From Squalus acanthias (taxonomy: Eukaryota), in contig CM059432.1 in assembly GCA_030390025.1 (NCBI GenBank), forward strand, positions 38,318,001-38,382,000: DNA of 64,000 bases. The letters run 5' to 3'. Each line of letters opens with the position of its first letter. Within the stretch, counting starts at the first letter, position 1. Below the pieces are notes generated by a model. It was not told the DNA's origin and did no database searches. It saw only the letters and a program-made list of their open reading frames with translations. The position numbers were made by a program, and so were the translations under genes. Below are positions 21,424 through 35,256 of the stretch, piece by piece.

Positions 21424-22358
21424 AAGCGGAAAAACTACGCCATGTTCTTCGCAGCCTTCAACATGTCATCGATGACGACGAACACCTTGCTAAGGCCATC
21501 CCCACGCCTCCACTACTCGCCTTCAAGCAGCCGCCTAACCTCAAAAGTACCATCGTTCGCAGCAGATTACCCATCTTTCAGGAGAACAGCAACCAAGACA
21601 CCACACAACCCTGCCACGGCAACCTCTGCAAGACATGCCAAATCATGGACACAGATACCATCATTACACGTGAGGACACTACCCACCAGGTACACGGTAC
21701 ATACTCATGTGACTCGGCCAACGTTGTCTACCTGATACGTTGCAGTAAAGGATGCTCCAGAGCATGGTACATCGGCGAGACCATGCAGACACTGAGACAA
21801 CGTATGAACGGACACCGCGCAACAATCGCCAGGCAGGAGGGTTGCCTCCCAGTCGGGGAACACTTCAGCAGCCAGGGGCATTCAGCCTCGGATCTGCGGG
21901 TAAGCGTTCTCCAAGGCGGCCTTCGAGATACACGACAGCGCAAAATCATAGAGCAGAAACTGATAGCCAAGTTCCGCACTCATGAGGATGGCCTCAATCG
22001 CGATATCGGGTTCATGTCACGATACAGAACGTGACTTGACATCATGGCCGGTCTTCCCAGGTGTTTTTTTTTTTTTGTTTTCTTTTGTTTTTTTTTTAAA
22101 AACACAAGAACACAAATTGACAGGATATGCAGCCAGCAGGTGGTTTGACACGCTGGACTCCCTGGGACACATCTCATTGTCTTGGCTGTGCTCTTTGTTG
22201 TAGCGAATAATGTGAATAGATTTTGTCTGGGTTTAAATTGTGAATTCTGGGAGATTCTCTCATTGCTAACTTACCTGACGAAGGAGCGATAGCTCCGAAA
22301 GCTTGTAAAATTAAATAAATCTGTTGGACTATAACCTGGTGTTGTGCGACTTCTCATT
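21424..22358 (+). mobile_element. Penelope-like element of a second family (GIY-YIG ORF plus hammerhead), inserted in a CR1
   Basis: ORF 21402-22034 with CDSANVVYLIRC..WYIGET..RMNGHR..GLNRD; TSD TCTATTTA at 21416-21423 and 22359-22366. Confidence 0.88.
22271..22308 (+). ncRNA. Minimal hammerhead ribozyme, second family
   Basis: TTAC-CTGACGA-A-GGAGC-GATA-GCTCC-GAAA-GCTT-GTAA: every helix differs in sequence but still pairs. Confidence 0.8.
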
Positions 22359-23399
22359 TCTATTTATAAAGCCCAACATCCCATATGCTTTATTAAATGC
22401 CTTGTTAACCTGTCCTGCCACCTTTAAAGATGTGTGCACAAACAGCCCCAGGTTTCTGTGTTCTTGCACCCCCTTTAAAATTGCACCATTTAGCTTGTAT
22501 TGTCACTCCTCATTCTTCCTACCAAAATGTATCTCCTCACACTTTTCTGCATTGAATTCCATCTGCCATGTGTCCGCCCATTCCACCACCCGGTCTATGT
22601 CCTCTTGAAGTCTAAGAAGTATGAATGTGAGCAATCCTGTCCTTTATATACTAATTGCCCGACACCAAATGCAGTTAAACCAGCATTAGACTACACCCCA
22701 TATCACACAAGCCTTTTGGTTAGCACACCATCTCACCGAGACTGGGTTTAAAAATGGTATCATTGTACACCCAGCAGTTTCGTATCACATGGCCGCACAT
22801 AGGCCCCAATATTTACTCAAGACCGGAAAGAGAGCTGAGTTGGGGGAGGATTTTTGGATGGGAAACCAGTATCCTGAGAGCGGATTGGTCGCTCGCCCCC
22901 TGACCCACCTCTGTTAAAACCAGAAGTGGGCTGGAGGTGAGTTGAGGTCGAGTTTGAGATTTAATAATTTTTACCCCAACCCACCCGTTCTTGGGGGTTA
23001 AAATTCCCACCTATGTCGCTGACTGCACTGTGGGGCCCACTCTTAGACAGCATCTTATTGCTTTGTGTCTCACTTTATTGCATCTGTAACATTTAACTGA
23101 CATTGTCCCTCTGTGGTCTCTACCAGCATAGATCTACATGGTGCAGACTGATCATCTGGCTCGAGTCTATCAATGACGGGCATCTCTCTTTCCATCTGCT
23201 TATTGGTTTCCCTGTGCTTGTAAGGCCACAAAGTTATTTCCACATTTCCTCAACTGACTCAAGTCCTTGCATTCATGATCAAGCAACCATATCCTTAAAT
23301 AGTCAGACAATGATCTTTAGACATTAATTGACTTTGTTCCTTGTAATCTGTTACATTTTTCCTATCTAACCATAATTTCACAAATATCTTTAGTTTTAT

Positions 23400-24100
23400 G
23401 ACTAATTCTCTGAAGCCCCAAAATTCATTTTGAGGTTGCACCCCCATATGCCAATGGGGTGAGCTGGCCTCAACAAAACTTGTGAGTCTAGCCCCTCCCA
23501 CTAATTGTAATGGGCTCCCAGTGCCTGGAAAACAATACTGTATGAAAGGTTGGTGAAGGAACTGTGGAAATATGTAAAGATGGCAGCCTCAACATCACAA
23601 AATGAAAGCATTGACTTGTTATTATGCATTATGCTCCAGTGGTCTGACACTACCTGCACATTAAAGGAATTAAAGTCTTTCCTATTCATAGGTGCAATGA
23701 GGTAGTTTCTAGGGAACCTGACGGCCAGCGTCCTTTCAATAAGGCCATCTAGTTTTTGAAAGCCCAGTAAAAGTGCAACAGTTGTTTGCTTTCCATAGAG
23801 AAAGTGATGAAAAGGTTCTGCCACCAAATAAGGCCTCTGTCACTTGTTTTATGCATCATTAGACTGAAGACAGTAAGAGTCACAAGTAATGGTTTGTTAG
23901 GATGGTGTTGCGTAAAAACTTAAAGCTGTGGTAATCTTCACAGCAACAGGCAGGAAATCTTTGTGGAAGTTCTCAGCTGCAGGTCAGGCATGAGAAGATG
24001 GCACAACTCCATGGCAGCCTCCCTCATGAAGTGTAGAGAGCACAAGCAGATCTCTTCCGTCATTCTCAAGTAGGTGGGCCTCAGCCTGAAGACTCAGCGC
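23400..24100 (-). pseudogene. Old Harbinger transposase remnant
   Basis: MNRKDFNSFNVQVVSDH in ORF 23501-23827; boundaries approximate. Confidence 0.6.
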
Positions 24101-24974
24101 TCATAACAAGGGCGAATGGGAACCTGCACCTGAGGTACAGTCACACCTGCCTTTGCACCCTCTGCATGATCTCCAGTTTATTCTCCAAAATCCATCTTTG
24201 CCATTGGAAGATCCATTGGAATTCCCATGTGGAGCACCATGATTTCTACTAATGAAGCCGTTGTCCGCAGCAGTGCTGTGGGAAAGGGTATCTATAAAGG
24301 ACTTTTGCAATACAAAATGCAGCAGCAAACACCAGCAGTGAGCAAGTCACCAAAGATAATGGAAATAGAACTCTGTGAAAAGCACACAAGAGAAAAGAGA
24401 ACTTTAAACACTATTGTAAACTGTTATGATGTTGAGGCAATGTGTAGAGGGAGCTTCTCTCCTCCACTGCCCCATAGTATACCTGAAGATGGAATATTTT
24501 GATCCTTGTATAGATGGCAACAGTGAAAGTGGAGAAGTGTTCCATTCTTGAGCATTAGTAATCCTCATCTTAAAGAGCACAACATTCACCAAAACAATTA
24601 TCTTAAGTAGTTGAACAGCGCAAATATACACCAATGGTTTTAAACTGTCATGTGCAATATTAGTAACAAATGCATTCATATGAAAACCGTTTGTTCCCTC
24701 TTTTAACTAAGATGTTATTCTATTTATTTTAAACAGGTTTGTACATTAAATTTTTCATTACTAATATCACACTATACGACTCATAAAGCTTTACCAAATT
24801 AATAGACAAGTTAAACTTCTAGAAACAGATAATCGCGACTTGCTTTGCATAAAACTATGCTCAAAGGCCAAAAAATAAATGACCATAGTTAAATTAACTT
24901 CCTCAGTGGGGTAAGTCTCATTAAGGAAACCGCTAGTCCACAAAATAAAGTTTTTCCAAGGCTACTGTGAACAG

Positions 24975-27900
24975 GAAGGAAACGGAAGGAAGGAGGGGAG
25001 GTGGAGTTGCTGTACTAGTTAAAGATAACATAATGATAGTAGAAAAAAGGATGTAACTAGCAGTAAAATAGATACAGAATCCATATGGATTGAGTTAAAA
25101 GATAAGAAGGGATCCATCACCCTAATAGAGGTATACTATAGACCACCAAATAGTGGAAGGGAATTGGAGGAAGAAACATGTAGGAAATCTATGAGGTGAA
25201 TAGCAGGCGTAGAATGATAATCATGGGAGTTTTCAACTACCTCCAAATAAATTGGCAGGAAGAAGTAACGAAAGGAGAAAAGGGAATCGAGTTTTTACAA
25301 TGTATACAGAATTCCTTTCTCACTCAGTATGTAAAAGTCCAACAAGAAAAGAATCACTGCTGAACCTTGTAATGGGTAATGAACCAGAACAGATAGGAGA
25401 AGTAAGAGTAGGAGAGCATCTTAGTAGTAGTGATCACAACATAGTAAGGTTCAAGATTAGGATTGGGAGTGACATAAGTATGATAAAAATTAAGGTAATG
25501 GCCCTGAATTTGCGGTCGGAGGCGTAACAGAAAAATATGCCTCCGAACCGGAAAAAAAATCTGAACTTACCTGGTGTCTCCAGAGCTTCGAACTCTTCGG
25601 TCCTGGGCCTGTAGGTGTACGCCTGCGTAAAGGCCCACAAATCCCAGGGGGCATGCGGTTCGCAAGTGTCCTGGGGATCACATGGGCCAGGCTAACCAAT
25701 CAAAAAGGGGGATTCCTAAGATTCTTATGGAGATTCCATTTACATACGGAATCCCCACAAGCATAATAGCATATAAATAATGAATTCACACCACTTAAAT
25801 AAAAATAAATGTTCCCGTGTTCAAAATTAATTAAAAGACCCTTTAATTAAGCATTTAAAATTAAAATTTAATTAAAACGGGCCAAAATTTACCTAAACTA
25901 CTTTTAAATGTATGTGAATGTTTAAATCATTTCAAAAATTTTATTTAAATATTTATTTTAACCCTTACAGTGGTAAAAGAAGGCCTTATGCCTGCTTTTA
26001 CCAGGCGTAAGGGTTTTGTGGACATTCGCTGCACAGTAGTTGGGCAAATAGCCCAACTTTGCGCCAGTGAAAGTGATTTTGTAGTGGATGCGGCGGATCT
26101 GTCCAAGCGAAACTTGACAGATCACAAGTTCCGGGTTTTTGTGCATGTGCAGCGCATGCAGAAACCTGGAACTCACGGGGCCATTCTGAGCACTTACGAC
26201 AGCGTACGCTGTGTGTACGCCATCATCGGCCCCGTAAAATCCGGGCCAATAGTTTGGAAAAGCGCATATTATGAGGAAATGAAGGTAAACTGGGAGAAAA
26301 TCTTGAAAAACAAAGAAACAGAAAAACAGTGGGAAATCTTGAAAAGGAAAATCAAAAGAGTTCAAGAGAAATGTATTCCACTAAAAGCCAAAAACAAGCA
26401 AACTAATTATGGGACACCATGGAGGAATAAAGAACTAAAGGGAAAATTGAATCTAAAGAAAAAGACATACGATACTAAAGGAGAGGAGGAATAAAGGGAA
26501 TATGAGGAAAAAATCAGGTAGGCAAAGAGAAATTACAAAATCAAATTATCAAGGAGTATAAAAATAAATAATAACGTGTTCTATAGACACATAAATAACA
26601 ATAGTAAAGTTAAAGTAGGGATAGGGCCACTAAAGTATGAGCAAGATAAACTCACAGGCAATGATCTCTTTAAGCTGCGCAGCCGCACTGTATTGGGAAA
26701 GGCCTGGCGCAGGCCGCTCACAGGCTGCTCCACTGTAAATACCGCGCATGCGTGGAAATTTAAAGGGACTGCGCACTAAAAGAAACAAGCCGCGCAGAAC
26801 AAAGTGCAGTTTACAAGAAACATTGCTCACAGGCAGAAATGGCAGAAGTATTGAATAACTGCTTCGCCTCAGTTTTTACTGAAGATAGCAAAATAAACAC
26901 TTCACTAGAGGATGAGCTTAAAAGGAATATTAATACAGTTGGAGGGGGCATAGTTTCAGAATAAGGGGTCGCCCATTTAAGACGGAGATGAGGAAGAATT
27001 TCATCTCTCAGAGGGTTGTGAATCTTTGGAATTCTTTACCCCAGAGAGCTGTGAAAGCTGAGTCATTGAATATATTTAAGACGGAGATAGACAGATTTTT
27101 GAGCAACAGGGGAGTTAAGGGTTATGGGGAACGGGCAGGAAAGTGGAGTTGAGGCCAAAATCGGATCAGCCATGATCTCATTGAATGGCGGAGCAGTCTC
27201 GAGGGGCCAAATGGCCTACTCCTGCTCCTATTTCTTATGTTCTTATGTTCTTAGAATGGGAGACAATAATTGAGAAACTAGCAAAAGTATAAGAGGATAA
27301 ATAAACTAGAAGGGGGATAGTGCCAAAGGACTGGCGGACTGTTAATGTTGTTCCCAAATACAAAATGGAAATAGAACAAAACCTGGGAACTATAGACCAG
27401 TCAGCTTAATGTAAGCGATAGGAAAGCTACTGGAATCTATACTAAAAGAAGTGATAGAAGAGCATCTAGAGACAGAAAATATAATAAAAAACAGTCAGCA
27501 TGGATTCTGAAACGCTAAGTCATGTTTAACTAACCTGATAGAATTCTTTGAAGAAGCCACACAAAGGGTAGACAAGGGTAATGCAGTAGATGTGATGCAC
27601 TTTGGTAGGAAAAATAGAAACATCACCTGCACCTTAGAAAATAAGAAACTGAATGGGGTAGAAGAGCAAAGGGATCTAGGGATGCAGGTGAACAAATTAA
27701 AAGCAGCATCACAGGTCAGCAAAGCAATTAAAAATGCTAACAAAGCACTGGGATTTATTTCTAGGGGTATAGAATTCAACAGTAGTGAAGTTATGTTAAA
27801 CTTGTATAGGACACTGGTTAGGCCACACTTAGAGTACAGTGCACAGTTCTGGTCTCCATACAATAAAAAGGACATAGAAGCACTGGGGAAAGTGCAAACA

Positions 27901-28390
27901 AGATTTACAAGGTTGGTACCAAAACTGAGATTACAGCTATTGGGAAAGAATGAACAGGTTGGAGCTTTTCTCTTTAGAAAAGAGAAGACTTAGAGGAGAC
28001 TTGATAGAGGTCTTTAAAATTATGACTGGGTTGGACAGAGTAGATGTGGAGAGAATGTTTCCACTTGTGGGAGAATCCAAAAATAGGGGTCATAAATACA
28101 AGATAGTTACTAATAAATCCAATAGGGAAATAAGGAGAAATTTCTTTACTCAGAGAGTGGTTAGAATGTGGAACGTCGCTGCCACAGGAAATGGTTGAGG
28201 CAAATAGCTTAGATACTTTCAAACGGAAACTAGACGAGTACATGAGAGAAAGGGAATAGAAAGATATGCTGAAAGTCTGAGATGAGGCAGATGGAATGGG
28301 AGGAGACTCATGTGGAGTATTAACACCAGCACAGACTAGTTGGGCCGAATGGCCTGTTTCTGTGCTGTATATTCTATGTAATTCTATGTA
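24975..28390 (+). mobile_element. Decayed CR1 LINE (endonuclease to 3' tail) with nested MITE, a ~165-bp insert (~26665-26825) and another CR1 tail (~26940-27252)
   Basis: YRPPNS, SDHNIV, QHGF, RPHLEY, RRLRGDLIE; TATGTAATTC-type tail. Confidence 0.88.
25500..26247. mobile_element. MITE, 748 bp, inside a CR1
   Basis: TIRs GGCCCTGAATTTGCGG / CCGTAAAATCCGGGCC; TSD AAT; the empty site GGTAATAGTTTGG is present in the CR1 paralogue near 45150. Confidence 0.85.
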
Positions 28391-28907
28391 ACACTGAGCT
28401 GTGATACAATTTTAGAATTTTAAAACAAATAAAAACAATTTTATTATCTTCAATGATCTGGAATTTTCCAAATGATATGAATTACTTGGTACAAATTATT
28501 CTGTGACATTAATACATTGAGGTCATCAAACGCTGTGAATAATTCACTGCAAGGTTAGTCAGCAATAGACGTAGTGACTTTTTAAAGGTTACAAACAAAA
28601 TAAACCAGAAAATGATCTTCTCTGCACCGTTTCCAACAGCAATTACTGCAGCACCTCATAATAAAGCCTTCAACATTGTTCAATAATATTGTCGTTCTGA
28701 ATTGCTGGTTCTGATTATTCACTAACAACAGTTAATGTAGGACAGAGGGAAACATACAAGTCAGGCATTCTAATATTTCACTGATCTTTGCAATCCATCG
28801 TTATTGAGTCAACCTGGTTATTAAGTGAATTGTATATTTGCTTTAATTTCTGTCTCATCGTGCATCAGGATTCTAAAATTCCAGTAGATTAGACAAGCAC
28901 GATTTAC

Positions 28908-29039
28908 CCACACTCTCAGCGAAAGGTCTAAAGCATTGTAGCCCCAATTCTTTGATCAATGCTTCCTGCGAGTGCATTCTCACTGTTGCCACAGCTGGAA
29001 CAGGGCAGGCTGGTGCTGGCACCAGGCAGGACATTCTAC
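28908..29039 (-). other. Candidate 132-nt host exon
   Basis: Minus strand GATACAG|...GTGTGG|GTAAAT; open in one frame (RMSCLVPAPACP...FAESV); weak pyrimidine tract. Confidence 0.25.
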
Positions 29040-29189
29040 CTGTATCACATGTTAAGGTATTCAGTCCGTTGAATTACATGCTTGTCTCAGTAATACATAA
29101 GATTGAAAGATCACGGCACACTAATACATATATCAAAAGGGATAGACACAGTAGCCCTGAAATTCCAAGGGGGGTTCTCCCAGTCTTAA

Positions 29190-30910
29190 TTTAATACATA
29201 CTTTGGTTCTGTCTTCACAAAGGAGGACACAAATAACCTCCCAGAGATGTCGGGGAACATAGGGTCTAATGAGAGGGAGGAACCGAATGAAATCAGTATT
29301 TGTAGGGAAATGGTGTTAGGGAAATTGACGGGATTGAAGGCCAATAAATCCCCAGGGCCTGATAATCTACATCCAAGGGTACTTAAGGAAGTGGCCCTAG
29401 AAATAGTAGATGCATTGCTGGTCATCTTCCAAAATTCTATAGACTCGGGCACAGTTCCTATGGATTGGAGGGTAGCTAATGTAACCCCACTATTTAAAAA
29501 AGGTGGGAGAGAGAAAACGGGGAATTATAGACCGGTAAGCCTGACATCGGTAGTGGGGAAAATGCTAGAGTCCATTATAAAAGATGTAATAGCAGAGCAC
29601 TTGGAAAACAGTGACAGGATCGGACAAAGTCAACATGGATTTACAAAAGGTAAATCGTGCTTGTCTAATCTACTGGAATTTTTTGAGGATGTAACTGGTA
29701 GAATAGTTAAGGGAGAACCAGTGGATGTGGTGTATTTGGACTTTCAGAAGGCTTTCGATAAGGTCCCGCATAAGAGATAAGCGTGCAAAGTTAAAGCACA
29801 TGGGATTGGGGGTAAGGTACTGACTTGGATAGAGAACAAGTTGGCAGACAGGAAGCAAAGAGTTGGAATAAACGGGTTTTTTTCCGAGTGGCAGGCAGTG
29901 ACTAGTGGGGCACCGCAGGGATCGGTGCTAGGACCCCAGCTATTCACAATATATATTAATGATCTAGACGAGGGAACTGGATGTAATATCTCCAAGTTTG
30001 CAGACGACACAAAGCTGGGTGGGTATGTGTGCTGTGAGGAGGATGCAGAGAAACTCCAGTATGATTTGGACAGGTTGGGTGATTGGGCAGATGCATGGCA
30101 GGTGCAATATAATGTGGATAAATGCGAGGTTATCCACTTTGGTGGCAAAAACAGGAAGGCAGATTATTATCTGAACGGCAATAGATTGGGAGAAGGGGAA
30201 GTGCAACGAGACCTGGGTGTCCTTGTGCACCATTCACTGAAGGTAAGCATGCAGGTGCAGCAGGCGGTTAAGAAGGCAAATGGTATGTTGGCCTTCATAG
30301 CGAGAGGATTCGAGTACAGGAGCAAGGATGTCTTGCTGCAGTTGTACAGGGCCTTGGTGAGACCACACCTTGAGTATTGTGTGCAGTTTTGGTCGCCTTA
30401 TCTGAGGAGGGAGTGTAGCGAAGATTCACCAGACTGATACCTGGGATGGCAGGAATGACGTATGAGGAGAGATTGGGTTGATTGTGCTTATATTCGCTGG
30501 AGTTTAAAAGAATGAGAGGGGATCTCATTGAAACTTATAAAGTTCTAACAGGACTAGACAGACTAGATGCAGGAAGGATGTTCCTGATGGTGCGGGAGTC
30601 CAGAACCAGGGGTCACAGTCTAAGGATAAGGGGTAAGCCATTTAGGACTGAGATGAGGAGGAATTTCTTCACCCAGAGAGTGGTGAACCTGTGGAATTCT
30701 CTACCACAGAAGGCAGTTGAGGCCAATTCATTAAATATAATCAAGAAGGAGTTAGATATATTTCTTAAGGCTAAAGGAATCAAGGGATATGGGGAGAAAG
30801 CAGGACAGGGTACTGAATTTGGATGATCAGCCATGATTTCATTAAATGGCGGAACAGGCTCGAGGGGCTGAATGGCCTACTCCTGCTCCTATCTTCTATG
30901 CTTCTATGTT
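29190..30910 (+). mobile_element. 5'-truncated CR1 LINE (RT)
   Basis: [53 protein letters not shown] tail. Confidence 0.92.
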
Positions 30911-31544
30911 TCTTCCACCATAACTTCAGCAAGAGATTGGCAGAACTCCCAGAGAAATTATGTAAATGGCTGAAAACAACCATTTATGACATTTCAGCTC
31001 TGCTGGTTTCCCCTGCCAAAGTTATAGCGGGAGACCAGGAGAATCTTATGGAATTTCCAGGAAAGTAGTACATCATTTTAAATACAATTACCTTCACTAG
31101 TATTTTAATAAAGACAGAAATCATCACTTTACGGTCATTGAGTACTTTTGAAATTGAAGGTCACACTGTACAACACTAATGAGAAAAGGTTGTTTATATT
31201 TTAAAAGGTCCAATTAGATATCAAGGCTGATTTGCTGCACCTGACAAGATGCCACCAACTATTTTAGCAAACATCGACCTGACAATGGCAGTGGGGAAGT
31301 GCCTTCATAGGGTTTGGATCAACAGAGTGAGATACAGAACAATGCAAGGGACAGAACCAGTTAGTTGTGGCCTCAGCGCTGCACATGGGCTTCCTAACCA
31401 TTCGTTTTTGTCTGTCACTTCTTAATCTCCTCCCTTTCAGGCTTGGCAAAGATTCTAATAAAGGTTTGTGATGGCTTTTGAGCTTATCTAATAGCTGCCA
31501 GAATTTTTGATCCCCCATTTTGGTGCTGCTCTCTATTAGGTATG

Positions 31545-32450
31545 CCAGCCTTGGCTCAGTTGGTAGCTCTCTTACCTCTAAGTCCAGAAGGTTGTGGGCT
31601 CAGGTCCCACTTCAGAGACTTGTGTGCAAAATTCTAGGCTGACACTCCAGTACAGTACTGAGGGAGTGCTGCACTGTAGGAGGTGCCGCCTTTTGGATGA
31701 GATGTTAAACCATGGCCCCGACTGCTCTTTAAGGTGGACGTAAAAGATCCCCAGGCAATATTTCGAAGAAGAGCAGCGGAGTTATCCCCAGTGTCCTGGC
31801 CAATATTTATCCCTCAATCAACATTACAAAAACAGATTATCTGGTCATTATCACATCCAGGACAAAGCAGCCCGCTTGATTGGTACCCCATCAACCACCT
31901 TAAACATTCACTCCCTCGACCACCGGCGTACCGTGGCTACAGTGTGTACCATCTACAAGATGCACTGCAGCAACTCGCCAAAGCTTCTTCGGCAGCACCT
32001 CCCAAACCCGTGACCTCTTCCACGCAGAAGGTCAAGGGCAGGAGGTGCATGGGAACACCACCACCTCCAAGTTCCCCTCCAAGTCACACACCATCCTGAC
32101 TTAGAAGTATATCGCCGATCCTTCATCGTCGCTGGGTCAAAATCCTGGAACTCCCTCCCTAACAGCACTGTGGGAGTACCTTCACCACACGGACTGCAGC
32201 GGTTCAAGAAGGCGGCTCACCACCACCTTCTCAAGGGCAATTTGGGATGGGCAATAAATGCTGGCCTTGCCAGCGACGCCACATCCCATAAACGATTTTT
32301 AAAAACTTCACTGTTTGTGGGAGCTTGCTGTGCACAAATTGGGTGTACAACAGTAACTACACTTCAAAAGTACTTCATTGGCTGTAAAGTGCTTTGGGAC
32401 GTCCTGAGGCCGTGAAAGGTGCTATATAAATACAAGTCTTTCTTTCTTTT
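31545..32450 (+). mobile_element. tRNA-headed Deu-domain SINE (SacSINE1-like) with L2-type tail, interrupted by a LINE 3' fragment (~31853-32300)
   Basis: A-box TGGCTCAGTTGG; GGAGGTGCC...GGATGAGATGTTAAAC...GTAAAAGATCCC core; GCTATATAAAT..(CTTT)n tail. Confidence 0.75.
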
Positions 32451-32473
32451 TTATTGCTTTAAACTTCACTTAC

Positions 32474-32515
32474 ATACAAATTTCTGCTTTCTCTTGGCCC
32501 AGTCTGCGCCTGCAT
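32474..32515 (-). other. Candidate 42-nt host exon
   Basis: Minus strand TTGCATTTTTATTCACAG|...TTTGTAT|GTAAGT in apparently non-repeat DNA; open in all three frames; gene not recognised. Confidence 0.4.
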
Positions 32516-33739
32516 CTGTGAATAAAAATGCAAGCGAACTAATCTGGGAGATTTGACTGATTTTGACACATTACCACTCAAGGAATTAGTACCATTGCTT
32601 AACCTTTTTGGGCACAACTTGCACCAGAAGAGAAAGCTCAGATCCAATATCTGCTGCTCTGCTCTCCTTTGTGCAGACTGTCTACTGACTATCTGCTATC
32701 TTAACAATATCTTTCTAGCAAGTATCATTCCTACCATATGGGTGGAAGATAAGAATGTGCAAATTCATATATTCACTTGTAATTGCTGTTTAACAAGCTA
32801 AAAAACTGTAACCCTAGAGCAGTACAAAATATTTAAATTACTTCTCCTCCATTTTTAGCGCAACTCAGAGTCTTGCTAAAAAGATCGTTGTTAAAGACTT
32901 TTGAGGGCTTGTTAAAGGCCAATAAAGAAAACCTCATGCAGAATTGTGCAGGGCAGAATAAAAACTAAATTGAGTTCGCTGTCACTGGGTGTGGTGAAAC
33001 TTATAAATGTTGCTCTTTCTTCATACAACTAACTCACTGCTCTGAATGTGAGCTGTGAACTCAGTTCTACACAGCATATGTTCAGCAGCCACTGGCAGCA
33101 ATATTGTAGCACAGAAGTGACTGCCATGTATGTCCACGTCAAGATGCAGTGCGACTTGGAGAGGAACTTGGAGGTGGTGGTGTTCTCATGCACCTCCTGC
33201 CCTTGACCTTCTGCGTGGTAGAAGTCACGGGTTAGGCCTTGGCGAGTTGTTGCAGTGTATCCTGTCGATAGTACACACTGCAGCCACGGTACACCATGGA
33301 GGGAGTGGTTGTTTAGGCTAATGGGTGAAGTTCAGACCACTTCTTTGTCTTGCCACCCGTCTGCCATCTAACTGCCCATTCTGCTCATTTTGTATGAGGC
33401 AGAGGTTTAGTAGGAAAGTCGTGATGTAGATATTTGGTCCACAATGAGCTGTGGGGACAGTCAACTATCTGCACTGTACTACTAGAGCAGTAGAGGTCAC
33501 CACTACCTTCAACTTTTATGCCACAGGGTCCTTCCAAGTTAGCCACAGGAGACAGTGCAGGAGTCAGTCACTATGTCATCCACAGCTGCATTAAGAAGGT
33601 AACTATTTTTTAAGAATGGTCCTGCGAAGCGCCTTCGAGACATTTTACAAGTTATTTTTGTTTAGCCATGCATCCACTTACAGTAGGGGTAATTTTGAAG
33701 ACCGAGATCGATAGATTTTTGTTAGGTAAGGGTATCAAG

Positions 33740-35256
33740 TGTAGGGTGTTTTTGCGTGCCCCGTGTTTCTATGAATCTCCCTTGAGTCGGCCCGTGCCAC
33801 AAAAACTCCCCGGTTTGGGTTGTTTCCCTTGGACGGCAGGAGCTTATGCCAATAGTCCCTGCCCAGCCCGTCGATTAGCGGGTAATCCCACACAGAGAGA
33901 GACCAAGGCCAGATAGGTCTTCTCCTATGCCCGGTATGCAGCGTCCCCAGTGGGATTACTGTGTAACCCGGCCGTGACCGGATGCCACGGTTGGTCTTCC
34001 GAATTATACTGTGAACCACAAGCCCCACAACCCCCAGGTTCGGACCTAAGGAGTTACTATGGAGAGATTATAAATGATTCAGACAACATGAAAAAGTTCA
34101 GGTTGGTCAAAGATCGATTCCTTTTATTACACTCACAAAAACGACAATCCCTACTCCTCTCGCTTACGACAGAACGAGTAGGTGACCGTGGACACTAGCT
34201 TATAACTTTAGACTAAAATACCCACCCTGTTGGTTGCGCCGAACCAACTCCTTCCCAGAATCTAAGCCTAGATAATGGAAAAACCCTTCTAACTAAACCC
34301 CTCTCCCGGTTTGGTCAGAACCCACACTTGGAAGCCTCCCCACACACACACCCTGTGTTAGCCTGCGTCTTGGACACTTGCAGTTCCTCAGCTGCAAAAC
34401 ACATGGGCGGTCCTGGGGATTTCTAGAGGTGTATGCTGGATATAATTACCAGCCCTTGTCGTTGATTCACGCGGTCCCGGCTCCATTCGACTCCAGAGAC
34501 AAAACCGTGCCTAACAGAGGCATGCGATGAGAGAGTTACATTCAGGCGGTACGACGAGGTGCTCACTTCGGGCGTTCCTGGAGAGTTGACGGACGCGTAG
34601 TTATGCGGAGAACCCCCGTTACAGATGGTAGAGAAAAGCTGGCAAGCAACAGCCAAAAAGCAAGCCAAAAAGCGAAGCCCTGCATCCCCAAAGTTCAGCA
34701 TGGTTATACCCCGTGCAATACACAAAACTAGCTGGGCGGTTCCTGGTTACCATGGTCGCAGAGATGCTAGTTGGTTTACCTGGTGATGTCTCTTGTCCTG
34801 GATTGGTCATCGTGAAGAAAACAATGTTAGGCCATTATTGTAGATGAGCAGTACTCGAATTGCTAACTGTTTGTTAAGTTCTTGACTGCTCCTTCATTGA
34901 AAGAGTCCAGAGGTGTTACTTTTGGCCTCCAAACCTCATTGTCCATCCAGACATCCCGGCTCCATGGACAAAGGGTGGTTTTCCCCAAATCTCACAAGTT
35001 CGAATATGAAAAGGCTTCTGCCTTTCATGATGTCAGCGTTGAGACTGGTCCCATGGCAACCCAAAAGACAGACAGTTCCTGCTATCTTCACAGAAATCTA
35101 CAGGCAGTCCCTTTTAAAGTCCAAAAATCCAAACTCCATTTTTGAAACGCAGCCCACGTGCGTCCCCATTTTAAAAGGGTACATATCCATTTTTAAAAGT
35201 CCAAAAATCCTTGAGGCACATGCACCCACTGATGTTGGCACCGACCAAACCCGACA
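33740..35256 (-). mobile_element. Solo LTR (1517 bp) of a second LTR family, inserted in a CR1 3' tail
   Basis: TGT...ACA ends; TSD CAAG at 33736-33739 and 35257-35260; the CR1 tail rejoins across it. Minus-strand TATAAC 34703-34708 and AATAAA 34123-34128. Confidence 0.85.

Larger units (their letters stand above)
20829..22610 (-). mobile_element. CR1 LINE 3' fragment, split by a Penelope-like element
   Basis: LEYCVQFWAPH..RRLRGDLIEVFKI, TRGHRLKV; short-repeat tail at ~20830. Confidence 0.9.
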
